IMG/VR virus record: IMGVR_UViG_3300012940_001458
Location: 1-42,060 of that record
Reading direction: 5' to 3' (one strand)
Origin: a virus
Taxonomy: Duplodnaviria; Caudoviricetes
Length of the DNA: 42,060 nt
Below are positions 1 through 7,843 of this stretch, piece after piece. Within the stretch, counting starts at the first letter, position 1; each line of letters starts with the position of its first letter. Under the pieces are notes generated by a model. That model was not told where the DNA came from, made no database searches, and was given only the letters and a program-made list of their open reading frames with translations. A program made the position numbers and the translations under genes.

Positions 1-138
1 CTAGGCTAGCTTGCGGGCGTCACCGTCACCGTACTTGTTCCAAGCCGCCTCGATAGCGTTCATGCCATCGATTTGTGCTTGAGTGAGCGTCCCGCCATAC
101 AACGACGAGCGCACCGCGTTGAGGAACGCAGCGTTCAT
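1..138 (-). pseudogene. Truncated endolysin (GH19 chitinase-like lysozyme N-terminus), 45 aa
   Basis: Hand translation MNAAFLNAVRSSLYGGTLTQAQIDGMNAIEAAWNKYGDGDARKLA*; GGAGAG RBS at 145-150; resembles the N-terminus of alphaproteobacterial phage GH19 endolysins, which continue ...LAYxLAT; TAG sits where Tyr is expected. Confidence 0.7.
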
Positions 139-157
139 GCCGATCTCTCCAGATATG

Positions 158-179
158 AAAAAAGCCGCCCGGAGGCGGC
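158..179 (-). terminator. Intrinsic terminator upstream of the endolysin
   Basis: Minus strand GCCGCC-TCCG-GGCGGC-TTTTTT. Confidence 0.85.
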
Positions 180-214
180 ATGGGATTTGTCACAATGGAC
201 GGGGATGGACTGGC

Positions 215-595
215 CTAAATGGCGTCCATTGTTCGTCTGGCTTCCGCGTCAGGAACTGCCCTGTCGGTGCTTCGATCCAAATTGAGCGCGATAGCGAAAT
301 AGTTGTGATACGGCACCAGCATGTACGCGGTCTCCCTATCCAGCCAACCAATGTAATAGATTGCGCTGCTGGCGACTAAGCCGATAATCGCCGCATATCC
401 CATAATGGCAGTCTGCCGGCCTCGTACCATTGCGATGACTGCCACCGGGATAAGCAGGTAGATCATGCGGTTTCGAATGATCTGGATATCGACCGCGACC
501 AAAATCACCAACGCGGTCAACACTGCGATCCGAGCCCCTATGAGCGGGTAGAGATAGAATAGCCACGCCCCAGCGGTTGATGCGATATCACCCAT
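215..595 (-). CDS. Small multi-pass membrane protein (126 aa), accessory gene divergent from the wzy-like gene
   Basis: About three hydrophobic segments; G-rich RBS-like run before the ATG. Confidence 0.6.
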   Translation of the reverse strand: MGDIASTAGAWLFYLYPLIGARIAVLTALVILVAVDIQIIRNRMIYLLIPVAVIAMVRGRQTAIMGYAAIIGLVASSAIYYIGWLDRETAYMLVPYHNYFAIALNLDRSTDRAVPDAEARRTMDAI

Positions 596-680
596 ATTGC
601 CCCCATCGGTTTTTGCGTTGGACGAGATTGACGAATTGGGGCACCTTATTCCACCATTTCTAATCCAGGCTTACCAATAA

Positions 681-1955
681 ATGGAAATAGCATTGCTGGT
701 CATAGCCGCGATCATCGCCATCGCGCCTATGCTCCTCAACGTTTGGCGGTGTGGCCTGATCAATCCGGTTTCCCTATTCAATGCGGTCTATTTGGTCTTC
801 GCGCTCGGCAAGGCAATCTACATCGTCTCTGGCGGCCACCTGAACCGGGCGCCGATCTCGGAACCGACGACGATTACGACCCTTCTTTTCCTTTCAGTCG
901 CGATGGCCGTCCTGAATCTGAGCTATACCGCTATTTTCCAGAAGGATGATGCGCGACCGTTAGCGCGCGAACCTGACCTTAGTGCGCTGCCAATAACGAG
1001 CCTCGCTGTAATCTTCCCGTTCTTCCTCGTGGTGTTCCTGTTCGTGGCGAACGCCTACGGCGTGGATATAGAGCATCTGTTTACCCACCGCGATATCGTA
1101 GATGCAGACGGTCGCGTGGAGACGATCCCCTACCTCGGCTGGAAGCTGACCAATGTGGTCAAATTCCCATTCTATGCGGTGCTGGCGGCATATGCGGGAG
1201 GCTATCGAATATCGCGACCGGCGTTCGTCGTCGGAGCTGTGTCATTCGCTGCCGGCGTGATCCTGCACATGATCTTCGCCCAGCGCTCCGGCATTACCCT
1301 GATGCTGATGGACGCCGCCCTGCTCCTCGCGATCTATCGACGCCTGAAATGGCAGATACTTGCGGCAGCGGCAGGCTTGTTCATCCTCGCCAATTTCATC
1401 GTCATCGCCACCAGAATGCCGCATCTCATCTGGCGGGTTTTTCTCGAAGCGATCTTCGGTCGCTCATATTTCTTTGATGTGGTGAAGATCGAACGGATCC
1501 TTGATTACGCCACCCCGGACGCATTGCATCAAGGCGTAGGGGCTTTGCTCGTGGCCTTCTATCACGCTCCGTTTATCGTCTCCGGGGAACTCCACCACTT
1601 CATCGCCCGCGAAGTCTTCGGGCTGGACAACGCTATCCCGCCTTCCATGATTGGCGAACTCATCCTCAACAATGGCCCCGGCTTTGTCGCCCCGGCCATG
1701 ATCATACTGGGGGCGCTGATGGCAGGGTTGATGGTTCTCGCGAAAAAGACGAAATTCCCGCTGGTGCAGCTGGTTGCGATTGTCACCGTATCTCGGTTGG
1801 CGTTCTTTTGTGCCAACTCGAATATCGACGGGGCGATCAATCGCATAGCGATGGATGTCTTAATCCTCGTGGGCGGCTTTCTCCTGCTCTGGATATGGCC
1901 AAAAATTTGGTCAAAGAATTGGCTCAAAGGGAGGTTGACGCGTGATAAAACATAA
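681..1955 (+). CDS. Wzy-like O-antigen/oligosaccharide repeat-unit polymerase
   Basis: 424 aa with about 10-12 TM segments, two periplasmic loops, a QRSG Arg after a TM pair and IPPSMIGELILNNG (typical Wzy C-loop pattern); opposite strand to the late operon; next to an acyltransferase. Confidence 0.7.
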   Translation: MEIALLVIAAIIAIAPMLLNVWRCGLINPVSLFNAVYLVFALGKAIYIVSGGHLNRAPISEPTTITTLLFLSVAMAVLNLSYTAIFQKDDARPLAREPDLSALPITSLAVIFPFFLVVFLFVANAYGVDIEHLFTHRDIVDADGRVETIPYLGWKLTNVVKFPFYAVLAAYAGGYRISRPAFVVGAVSFAAGVILHMIFAQRSGITLMLMDAALLLAIYRRLKWQILAAAAGLFILANFIVIATRMPHLIWRVFLEAIFGRSYFFDVVKIERILDYATPDALHQGVGALLVAFYHAPFIVSGELHHFIAREVFGLDNAIPPSMIGELILNNGPGFVAPAMIILGALMAGLMVLAKKTKFPLVQLVAIVTVSRLAFFCANSNIDGAINRIAMDVLILVGGFLLLWIWPKIWSKNWLKGRLTRDKT

Positions 1956-2097
1956 CCTCAAGTTCGCTGCACTCACTATAGGCGCCATTATCTATTTGGC
2001 GCTTATGAGTTTTTGGGCGTTTGATGACGGGAAGTCTGGACTGCCCAACCCGATAAGAGCATTCGGGCAGTCCATGCATGAACCGCCCGTAATGTAA
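1942..2097 (+). CDS. 51-aa single-TM peptide (not in ORF track), candidate Iap-like polymerase inhibitor
   Basis: GTG at 1942 with GGGAGG at 1929-1934; MIKHNLKFAALTIGAIIYLALMSFWAFDDGKSGLPNPIRAFGQSMHEPPVM*; overlaps the end of the wzy-like gene. Confidence 0.7.
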   Translation: MIKHNLKFAALTIGAIIYLALMSFWAFDDGKSGLPNPIRAFGQSMHEPPVM

Positions 2098-2109
2098 CGC
2101 ATCCCTCTA

Positions 2110-2460
2110 TCAGAGCAGCTTGTAATTGAAGCTGAATTTTATCGTGTAGGCGGTCGTGCCAGGGGCAACGAAACGCAGCTGGGCACGATCGTTGGTGGCA
2201 TCACCTTCGACAAGGCCGTTCGTTCCGGCAACCGAGCCTGACGCCACCCCAGACAGGTCATTCGCCGACGCAAGGGCGGAAACTACCGGCAGCGAGATAC
2301 CAATCGTCGTCGCAGCTGCTGCCGTTGGCGTGACCGCTAGCGAGCCCCAGCATTGGACCTCATCGCCCTGACGGGAATAATAGCAAACTGCCGCCGTCGA
2401 ACTCGCCACGTTGTCGACCCCGGTAAGTGTTGGCGTCCAAGAACCGCGAGAATTTCGGCC
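2110..2460 (-). pseudogene. Orphan C-terminal domain of a tailspike/tail fibre
   Basis: Frame stays open upstream of the GTG at 2409 and reads GRNSRGSWTPTLTGVDNVASSTAAVCYYSRQGDEV..., the GxWTPxL...YxRxGxxV...F-x-Y pattern of tail-protein C-termini; no clear RBS; abuts the acyltransferase stop. Confidence 0.6.
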
Positions 2461-2461
2461 C

Positions 2462-4303
2462 TTAGGGAAGTCCTTGCATCGCGCGATCTATAGCACCCGC
2501 CATGCGTACCTTGCCGGCGCTCGTCAGGTGAATGCGATCACGCACGATGAAGTGCCCGTCCAGAAACACCGGACAGAGCTCATCGCAGAAATAGTCCTTC
2601 GTCGCCAGGAACTGCACGCGGTCATATTTTGCGTCTAGGGTGCGCTGGAACTTGTCGAACTCATCCTCGGTGTCTTTGGCACGCATCTTTTGCATCTCGG
2701 CATTAAAGCCGTCCGCATCCATGCGGTAGAGCATAGGCAGAGCATCGCGAACTGAGCGATCATAGAGCGGGCTATAGTCCACGAGAACTATCGTCGCTTT
2801 CGTCGTGGCGACCAGATTATCGATCAATTCGGACAGGCGCTTTTTTACCTGCTCGTCGCGCGCTGGCACGCCACCCCAATGCCCGTCCAGAAAAATAACA
2901 TCAGGACTGCCAAGATCGGCATAAACCTTGTTGAAGTATGCTTCGCATTCTGCCGCTTGCGGCGTTCCTGCGCTGTAGCTCAAGGATGGCCCTGGCAGAG
3001 GACGGCAGCCACCCATGCCATACTTTTCCAAGCGGTAGGAACTGTACTTCTTGAACTGCTCCGACAGCAGAAAAGCGTCGAAAAAACCATTGATCACGGA
3101 GTCGCCAATAAACACCACACGCTTGGGGTAGGTTCGCGCCTCAACCTCTTTCGTGCGACCGGCAATCTGGTTCTCAATCGGCTCGATATAGGCGGTGGCA
3201 GAGATGTCGAAGCGCCAAGGCCAGCCGGTGCTAGCCGCGCTGACGGTCGGGACCGCAAGAGCCACCACGCACGCTATGGCGCCCGCAAACACCTTCCGAA
3301 GACTGACGCGGGCGCGCCTCAACGGTTGCTCAACGACGACATAGGACAGCGACGCCAGGATGATCGTTGCTATCGCCAGCCCAACCTTTTCCCATCCCGT
3401 GATCGGATAGAACTTCCAATAGCCATAGAGGACTATGAGGGGCCAGTGGATCAGATATATCGAGTAGCTGATCCTGCCGAGCCACACCGCAACCGGGTTT
3501 CGAAACAGATAGCCAGCATAGCGCGCCTCCCCTCCGTAAATCACAAGAGCCGTTCCAATGCATGGCAGCACTGCGGACCAGCCGGGGAAGCGCATTTCGG
3601 CTTGATAATAGTGGACCGAATAAGCGGTCACCGCGAGGCCAATGAGGCAGGCGATTTCCGCAAATCGCTTGGTGCTCACCCATACAAGCGCCGCGCCGAT
3701 AGCGAATTCGAACATTCGGAACGGTGTTAGGTAGAACGCGGCGTCACTGTCTCGACTCAATACGAATTCGCAAGCGATAAGGCTGACGACGCCGACAATC
3801 CCGACCACATAAAGCACCGCCTTGGGCTTCAATTTCATCGTGAGAACGATGGCGGCGGGCCATATCAGGTAGAACTGTTCCTCCACGGCAATCGACCATG
3901 TGTGCAGCAAGGGTCGGGTGGATGAAGCTGCGTCGAAATAACCGGAGTTGAGCCAGAAAAAGACGTTAGAAGCAGAGATCAGCGTCCATTCCGCTGATGA
4001 TGCAAAATCGCTCAAATCATCTGGCGCTAGTAGGAACGCCGATGCAATTGTCGTTGCAACCAGCACCATAGCAAACGCCGGCAGAAGCCGCTTGATCCGC
4101 CGATAGTAAAAGTTGGAAAACGTGAACTCGCCTGCCTCTACTTGCTGGCGGATCATTCTTGTGATCACGAAGCCGGAGATCACAAAAAAGATGTCCACCC
4201 CGACAAAACCACCTCGGAAAATGGTAAATCCAAGATGGTACAGCAACACCGCCATAACGGCGTAAGCGCGAAGGCCGTCCACATCGTCGCGGTGATTTTT
4301 CAT
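2462..4303 (-). CDS. OafA/OatA-type O-acetyltransferase (Acyltransferase_3 plus SGNH domain)
   Basis: DGLRAYAV, GGFVGVDIFFVISGF, RRIKRLLPA, HTWSIAVEEQFY, GRISYSIYLIHWP; C-terminal GDS and DxxH (DRIHL). Confidence 0.95.
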   Translation of the reverse strand: MKNHRDDVDGLRAYAVMAVLLYHLGFTIFRGGFVGVDIFFVISGFVITRMIRQQVEAGEFTFSNFYYRRIKRLLPAFAMVLVATTIASAFLLAPDDLSDFASSAEWTLISASNVFFWLNSGYFDAASSTRPLLHTWSIAVEEQFYLIWPAAIVLTMKLKPKAVLYVVGIVGVVSLIACEFVLSRDSDAAFYLTPFRMFEFAIGAALVWVSTKRFAEIACLIGLAVTAYSVHYYQAEMRFPGWSAVLPCIGTALVIYGGEARYAGYLFRNPVAVWLGRISYSIYLIHWPLIVLYGYWKFYPITGWEKVGLAIATIILASLSYVVVEQPLRRARVSLRKVFAGAIACVVALAVPTVSAASTGWPWRFDISATAYIEPIENQIAGRTKEVEARTYPKRVVFIGDSVINGFFDAFLLSEQFKKYSSYRLEKYGMGGCRPLPGPSLSYSAGTPQAAECEAYFNKVYADLGSPDVIFLDGHWGGVPARDEQVKKRLSELIDNLVATTKATIVLVDYSPLYDRSVRDALPMLYRMDADGFNAEMQKMRAKDTEDEFDKFQRTLDAKYDRVQFLATKDYFCDELCPVFLDGHFIVRDRIHLTSAGKVRMAGAIDRAMQGLP

Positions 4304-4348
4304 AGATCGCCATTTACCGTGAGAGCCGGCGTGCGTCTAGTCTTCCGA

Positions 4349-6730
4349 CTAAGCCACGACCAGGCTCTGCCGGATCCATTTTCCACCCCTGCGGGCGAAA
4401 CTAGCGGTTAGCATCTGGCCCGTTGTCATGGCCGATCCCGTGAGCGCTGAACCGTCCTGCGCCACAAAATCCGTGCCCCATGAGACAGTAATCGAGGCGT
4501 TGGCAACGAACTGGTATCGGACCTCGCAATTTGCCGGCGTGTTCGCGGCAGCGGTGTTTGCGACGGTGAAACTGGTGCCGCAAGCCGTCACGTAATAATC
4601 GGAATAGACCTCGGGATACGTCAGCGCCGATCCAATATTGGCATAGGTATCGTTGAACGTCCTGCGCTTGCCAAACTCTGTCCCGAGGTTGTTGCGGCGG
4701 GACACGTCAACCAGCATGCCTCGCTGCCCGGTCACGCTGGTTTGGCCAAAAGCTTCGGCGTCGAAATAGCCGACCTTGCCGCCGATAGCAGAGGCGCCAT
4801 CGTACCAGGTATAGAGCTGGTTGTGCATGATCTCCGGCGTTCGGAGCGGATCGATCAGACGTTCGACAACCAGATTTTTCCCGAGGTTCACGATGCCGCA
4901 CCGCTGCGTTGATGTAGCAGCTGCATCCGAGCCATTGTCAGGTACATGCGCCGTCCCAATGGTCAGACCGTCGCCGGTAGCGGCATACACCAGGCCGGCG
5001 CCAACGTTATCCTCGGAACGAAGGTAATCGATGCGGCTCGCATCGTCCGCCAACCAATTGATGCCGTGATTACCATTCGTGTATGCGTGGATGTGAAAGG
5101 CATGCAGATAGCCAGACGTGAAATTGAAGCCGTATCGACCGTTATGCTGCAACCTTACAACGCCAGGCCATTGGGCATCGCCAAAGGCCCCATTGATGCC
5201 ATCGCGCCCGCAATTGTATATCTCAACAAAGCCTTTGAGCATGATCTGATTGTTGTTGCCGCCACTACCAGCGTTCGTCTGAATGCCGTCGATCGTGAAA
5301 TCTCGAATGTAAATATTTTCTAGTTGCACATCCTTAATCGTGCCAATGCCGATGCCAACGCTAGCAAGGCCGCTGCCGTGCAACATGACGTTGCGCAGGG
5401 CCATGCCGGAGAAGACGCGATTGGATGCGGTATACGTGCTGTCAAAAAGGACAAAGAACGACTGCGCCCCCGTGGCTCGGAGGATCGTTCCTCGGAACTG
5501 GCGATCAGAAGGAGGCGTTGAGCCGCCATCTGGCCCGGTAAAGCGGGCAGCCGGCATCACCCCCACGATGCACTTGCCATCGTCAACACCGTCTTCGGTG
5601 TCGGGGCTGTTGTTGAAGCTCACGTAATCGATCAGGTATTCCTTGCCGAGCAGGCGAGTGATTGATCCGATATGCGAGCGCTTCATGGCTGTGCGCACGT
5701 TGGAGGCATCGCTACCCCAATGCTCTGGCCGCACGTCCTGTGTTACACCGATAGAGATCGTGCCGGTTCCAGACTCGACAAAGCATTGCGTTGGGGTATC
5801 GCAAGCATAGCCGCCGCCTAAAACAATTGCAGCATTGTCCGCTTTGATGGTGCCGCCTTGGAAGACCGGAATAGCATTCAGCGTGAGCGCTGTGGCAAGT
5901 CTGATTGAGGCCCCGCTTGATACGGCAAACGCATCAAGACCAACCGCATCAATCCCTGCCAGAGCCGTACTGTCGTCTGTCGTTCCGTCGCCGGTAACGC
6001 CGAACCACGCCGGGGAAGCCAAGCCACTGATTTGCCGCACCCACGCCCCGCTGGCTCCGGTCGTATCGCTGGTCGGAGGGACATAAATGCCCTGCTGCGT
6101 ATCGGCAGTGACAAGCGCTTCAAGGTCTAATCCGAGTTCGAAAGCCTTTTCTGGAGACAGCCAATAGAACAGGCCTTTGCGCCCCGCTTCCATGAGATCG
6201 ATAGCCACATAATCCGTGCCATCCATCCCCGCCAGTGCGGTGCGATCGGCGGCCACGCCCATGATCTTGTTCTTGAGCGTGGTGGCGAGGTCACCATCCT
6301 CAACAGGGCTTTGAACTGCCGTGTCTGCCAACGCCCCCTGTGCTGCTGTAGCAAAGTCTGTCGTATCGGCGGCAGCGGCAGTGCCGAGCGTCGGCTTATT
6401 GGTGAGGTCGTCGTAGTCACCGCTGGTTGCCACGCTAGCAAGATCATCCGGCTGCACCGCCGTATCGGCCCTATCGCCTTGGGCTTTCGAGGCTGTAGAA
6501 ACACCAACCTGGGCAACAATGGCCTGATTGGTCGTAAGCGGCGTCATGGCCTTGGTGGCCTGTACGCCTGCCTCGGCTTCGGCTTGGGAGGCGAGCGGAC
6601 GACCAGCAGCAACACCTTTTGCCCATGTCACCGACGAGACGGTAACGCCATCATCGCTCACAACTTCATCGGTTGCGTTCGGCGTATCATTAGACGGCAA
6701 AGCGGAAGGACGAACAATTTCACCAGCCAT
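4349..6730 (-). CDS. Tailspike / receptor-binding protein with pectate-lyase-like right-handed beta-helix
   Basis: N-terminal fibre motifs (ASQAEAEAG..KAMTP, SGDYDDLTNKP); WFGVTGDGTTDDSTAL beta-helix cap; repeated NGxxGI rungs. Confidence 0.88.
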   Translation of the reverse strand: MAGEIVRPSALPSNDTPNATDEVVSDDGVTVSSVTWAKGVAAGRPLASQAEAEAGVQATKAMTPLTTNQAIVAQVGVSTASKAQGDRADTAVQPDDLASVATSGDYDDLTNKPTLGTAAAADTTDFATAAQGALADTAVQSPVEDGDLATTLKNKIMGVAADRTALAGMDGTDYVAIDLMEAGRKGLFYWLSPEKAFELGLDLEALVTADTQQGIYVPPTSDTTGASGAWVRQISGLASPAWFGVTGDGTTDDSTALAGIDAVGLDAFAVSSGASIRLATALTLNAIPVFQGGTIKADNAAIVLGGGYACDTPTQCFVESGTGTISIGVTQDVRPEHWGSDASNVRTAMKRSHIGSITRLLGKEYLIDYVSFNNSPDTEDGVDDGKCIVGVMPAARFTGPDGGSTPPSDRQFRGTILRATGAQSFFVLFDSTYTASNRVFSGMALRNVMLHGSGLASVGIGIGTIKDVQLENIYIRDFTIDGIQTNAGSGGNNNQIMLKGFVEIYNCGRDGINGAFGDAQWPGVVRLQHNGRYGFNFTSGYLHAFHIHAYTNGNHGINWLADDASRIDYLRSEDNVGAGLVYAATGDGLTIGTAHVPDNGSDAAATSTQRCGIVNLGKNLVVERLIDPLRTPEIMHNQLYTWYDGASAIGGKVGYFDAEAFGQTSVTGQRGMLVDVSRRNNLGTEFGKRRTFNDTYANIGSALTYPEVYSDYYVTACGTSFTVANTAAANTPANCEVRYQFVANASITVSWGTDFVAQDGSALTGSAMTTGQMLTASFARRGGKWIRQSLVVA

Positions 6731-6746
6731 GGGCTAGCTCCATACG

Positions 6747-6769
6747 AAAATGCCGCCTCAAAGGGCGGC
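6747..6769 (-). terminator. Intrinsic terminator before the tailspike
   Basis: Minus strand GCCGCC-CTTTGA-GGCGGC-ATTTT. Confidence 0.65.
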
Positions 6770-6796
6770 GGAGGTGGTCGGGGATTAGGGAGGCGG

Positions 6797-7591
6797 TCAG
6801 GTCTTGATCAGCACCGGATAGGCGATGTTTTTCACGCGCGTTTCAGGAGCACCGGTATAGGTCAGCGTTACATCGTGCTCGTGGTCAGGGACCGTATCAG
6901 AGCGCGCAGTCCCGAGATCGCGGCCCGTGGAGGTAATGAAACCTTGAGTTGACGGGCCGTGGCTGGTTGTCGCTGGGAGGTCAACCCTATGCCCTCCCGC
7001 TTCATCTGTCGTGCCGGAGATAGAGTGCGTCTTGATCGCGTCAGCCTGCACCGTGCCAATGCCGCGCCCATCGCTGATCGGACGGATAAAATATCCATTA
7101 TCTGCATAGAGGTTCGGCAGTGTGAAGGTTGTCGAACCGTCGCCCGGCCCGTACTGCCCGTGGGTCTTGGCTCCCTCGCTTGCGGCAAGGTTCGTTCCGG
7201 CCTGCACACTCGCCCACAGATTGGGATGATCAGCGCGGGGCACTGTCTGTCCATTGGCATAAAGCCACCCCTCAGGCGCGTCGGAGTAGCCCACGGTTTC
7301 GGGGACCATGATGCCGGGGAAAAATCCGCTCACGGCCGCAATCGCGTCCTGCATCTGGGATAGGGTCACATAGTCCTGCTGATCTACGGCATCGCCGGCG
7401 CCGGTCACCCGCCTGCCATTGGCGTTCTGGTTGCCGGTCCATGCCTTGCGCCCATCGGCAAACAAGCGACGTGACAGCGCCGCAGAGGCGTCCTGCACGA
7501 ACAGATTGTGTTGCGAGGCTAGTGCGGTCTGCCCGTCAACGGCAGTTGTGCCGTTCGGGGCTGTGTAATTGCCCTGCGGATCGTCAGACAT
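6797..7591 (-). CDS. Tail fibre with phage tail-collar domain
   Basis: APEGWLYANGQTVPRADHPNLW and GDGSTTFTLPNL collar motifs, HxH motifs, ETRVKNIAYPVLIK C-terminus. Confidence 0.9.
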   Translation of the reverse strand: MSDDPQGNYTAPNGTTAVDGQTALASQHNLFVQDASAALSRRLFADGRKAWTGNQNANGRRVTGAGDAVDQQDYVTLSQMQDAIAAVSGFFPGIMVPETVGYSDAPEGWLYANGQTVPRADHPNLWASVQAGTNLAASEGAKTHGQYGPGDGSTTFTLPNLYADNGYFIRPISDGRGIGTVQADAIKTHSISGTTDEAGGHRVDLPATTSHGPSTQGFITSTGRDLGTARSDTVPDHEHDVTLTYTGAPETRVKNIAYPVLIKT

Positions 7592-7604
7592 TCATGTCTC
7601 CATG

Positions 7605-7630
7605 AAAAAGCCCTCGCTTGCAGCAAGGGC
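7605..7630 (-). terminator. Intrinsic terminator before the tail fibre
   Basis: Minus strand GCCCTTGC-TGCAA-GCGAGGGC-TTTTT. Confidence 0.8.
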
Positions 7631-7654
7631 CGAATGCGGGTATTTATCAGGGCG

Positions 7655-7843
7655 ATGATCCGCCCCTTTGATATCGTTGCGCTCCTCGGGAGCGCTTGGT
7701 TTATCGGCTACATGACATGGGTCGGGACCAACCCCGCCCTACATGACATTGGCTATCTGGCATTCCTGCACTTGGCAGTTGCCTTCCTGCCCAATGCGAT
7801 AATCTTCGCGTGGGTCTTTTGGCCTCGAAAGCGCCGCCGCTAG
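7655..7843 (+). CDS. 62-aa two-TM membrane protein (moron), candidate superinfection exclusion factor
   Basis: Two hydrophobic helices and an RKRRR tail; TTGCAG-17-TATTTA at 7618-7646 lies 8 nt before the ATG at 7655 (ORF track starts at 7634). Confidence 0.6.
   Translation: MIRPFDIVALLGSAWFIGYMTWVGTNPALHDIGYLAFLHLAVAFLPNAIIFAWVFWPRKRRR

Noticed and set aside
2110-7591. Diversity-generating retroelement or invertible tail cassette
   Set aside because: No reverse transcriptase, TR/VR pair, invertase or inverted crossover sites seen
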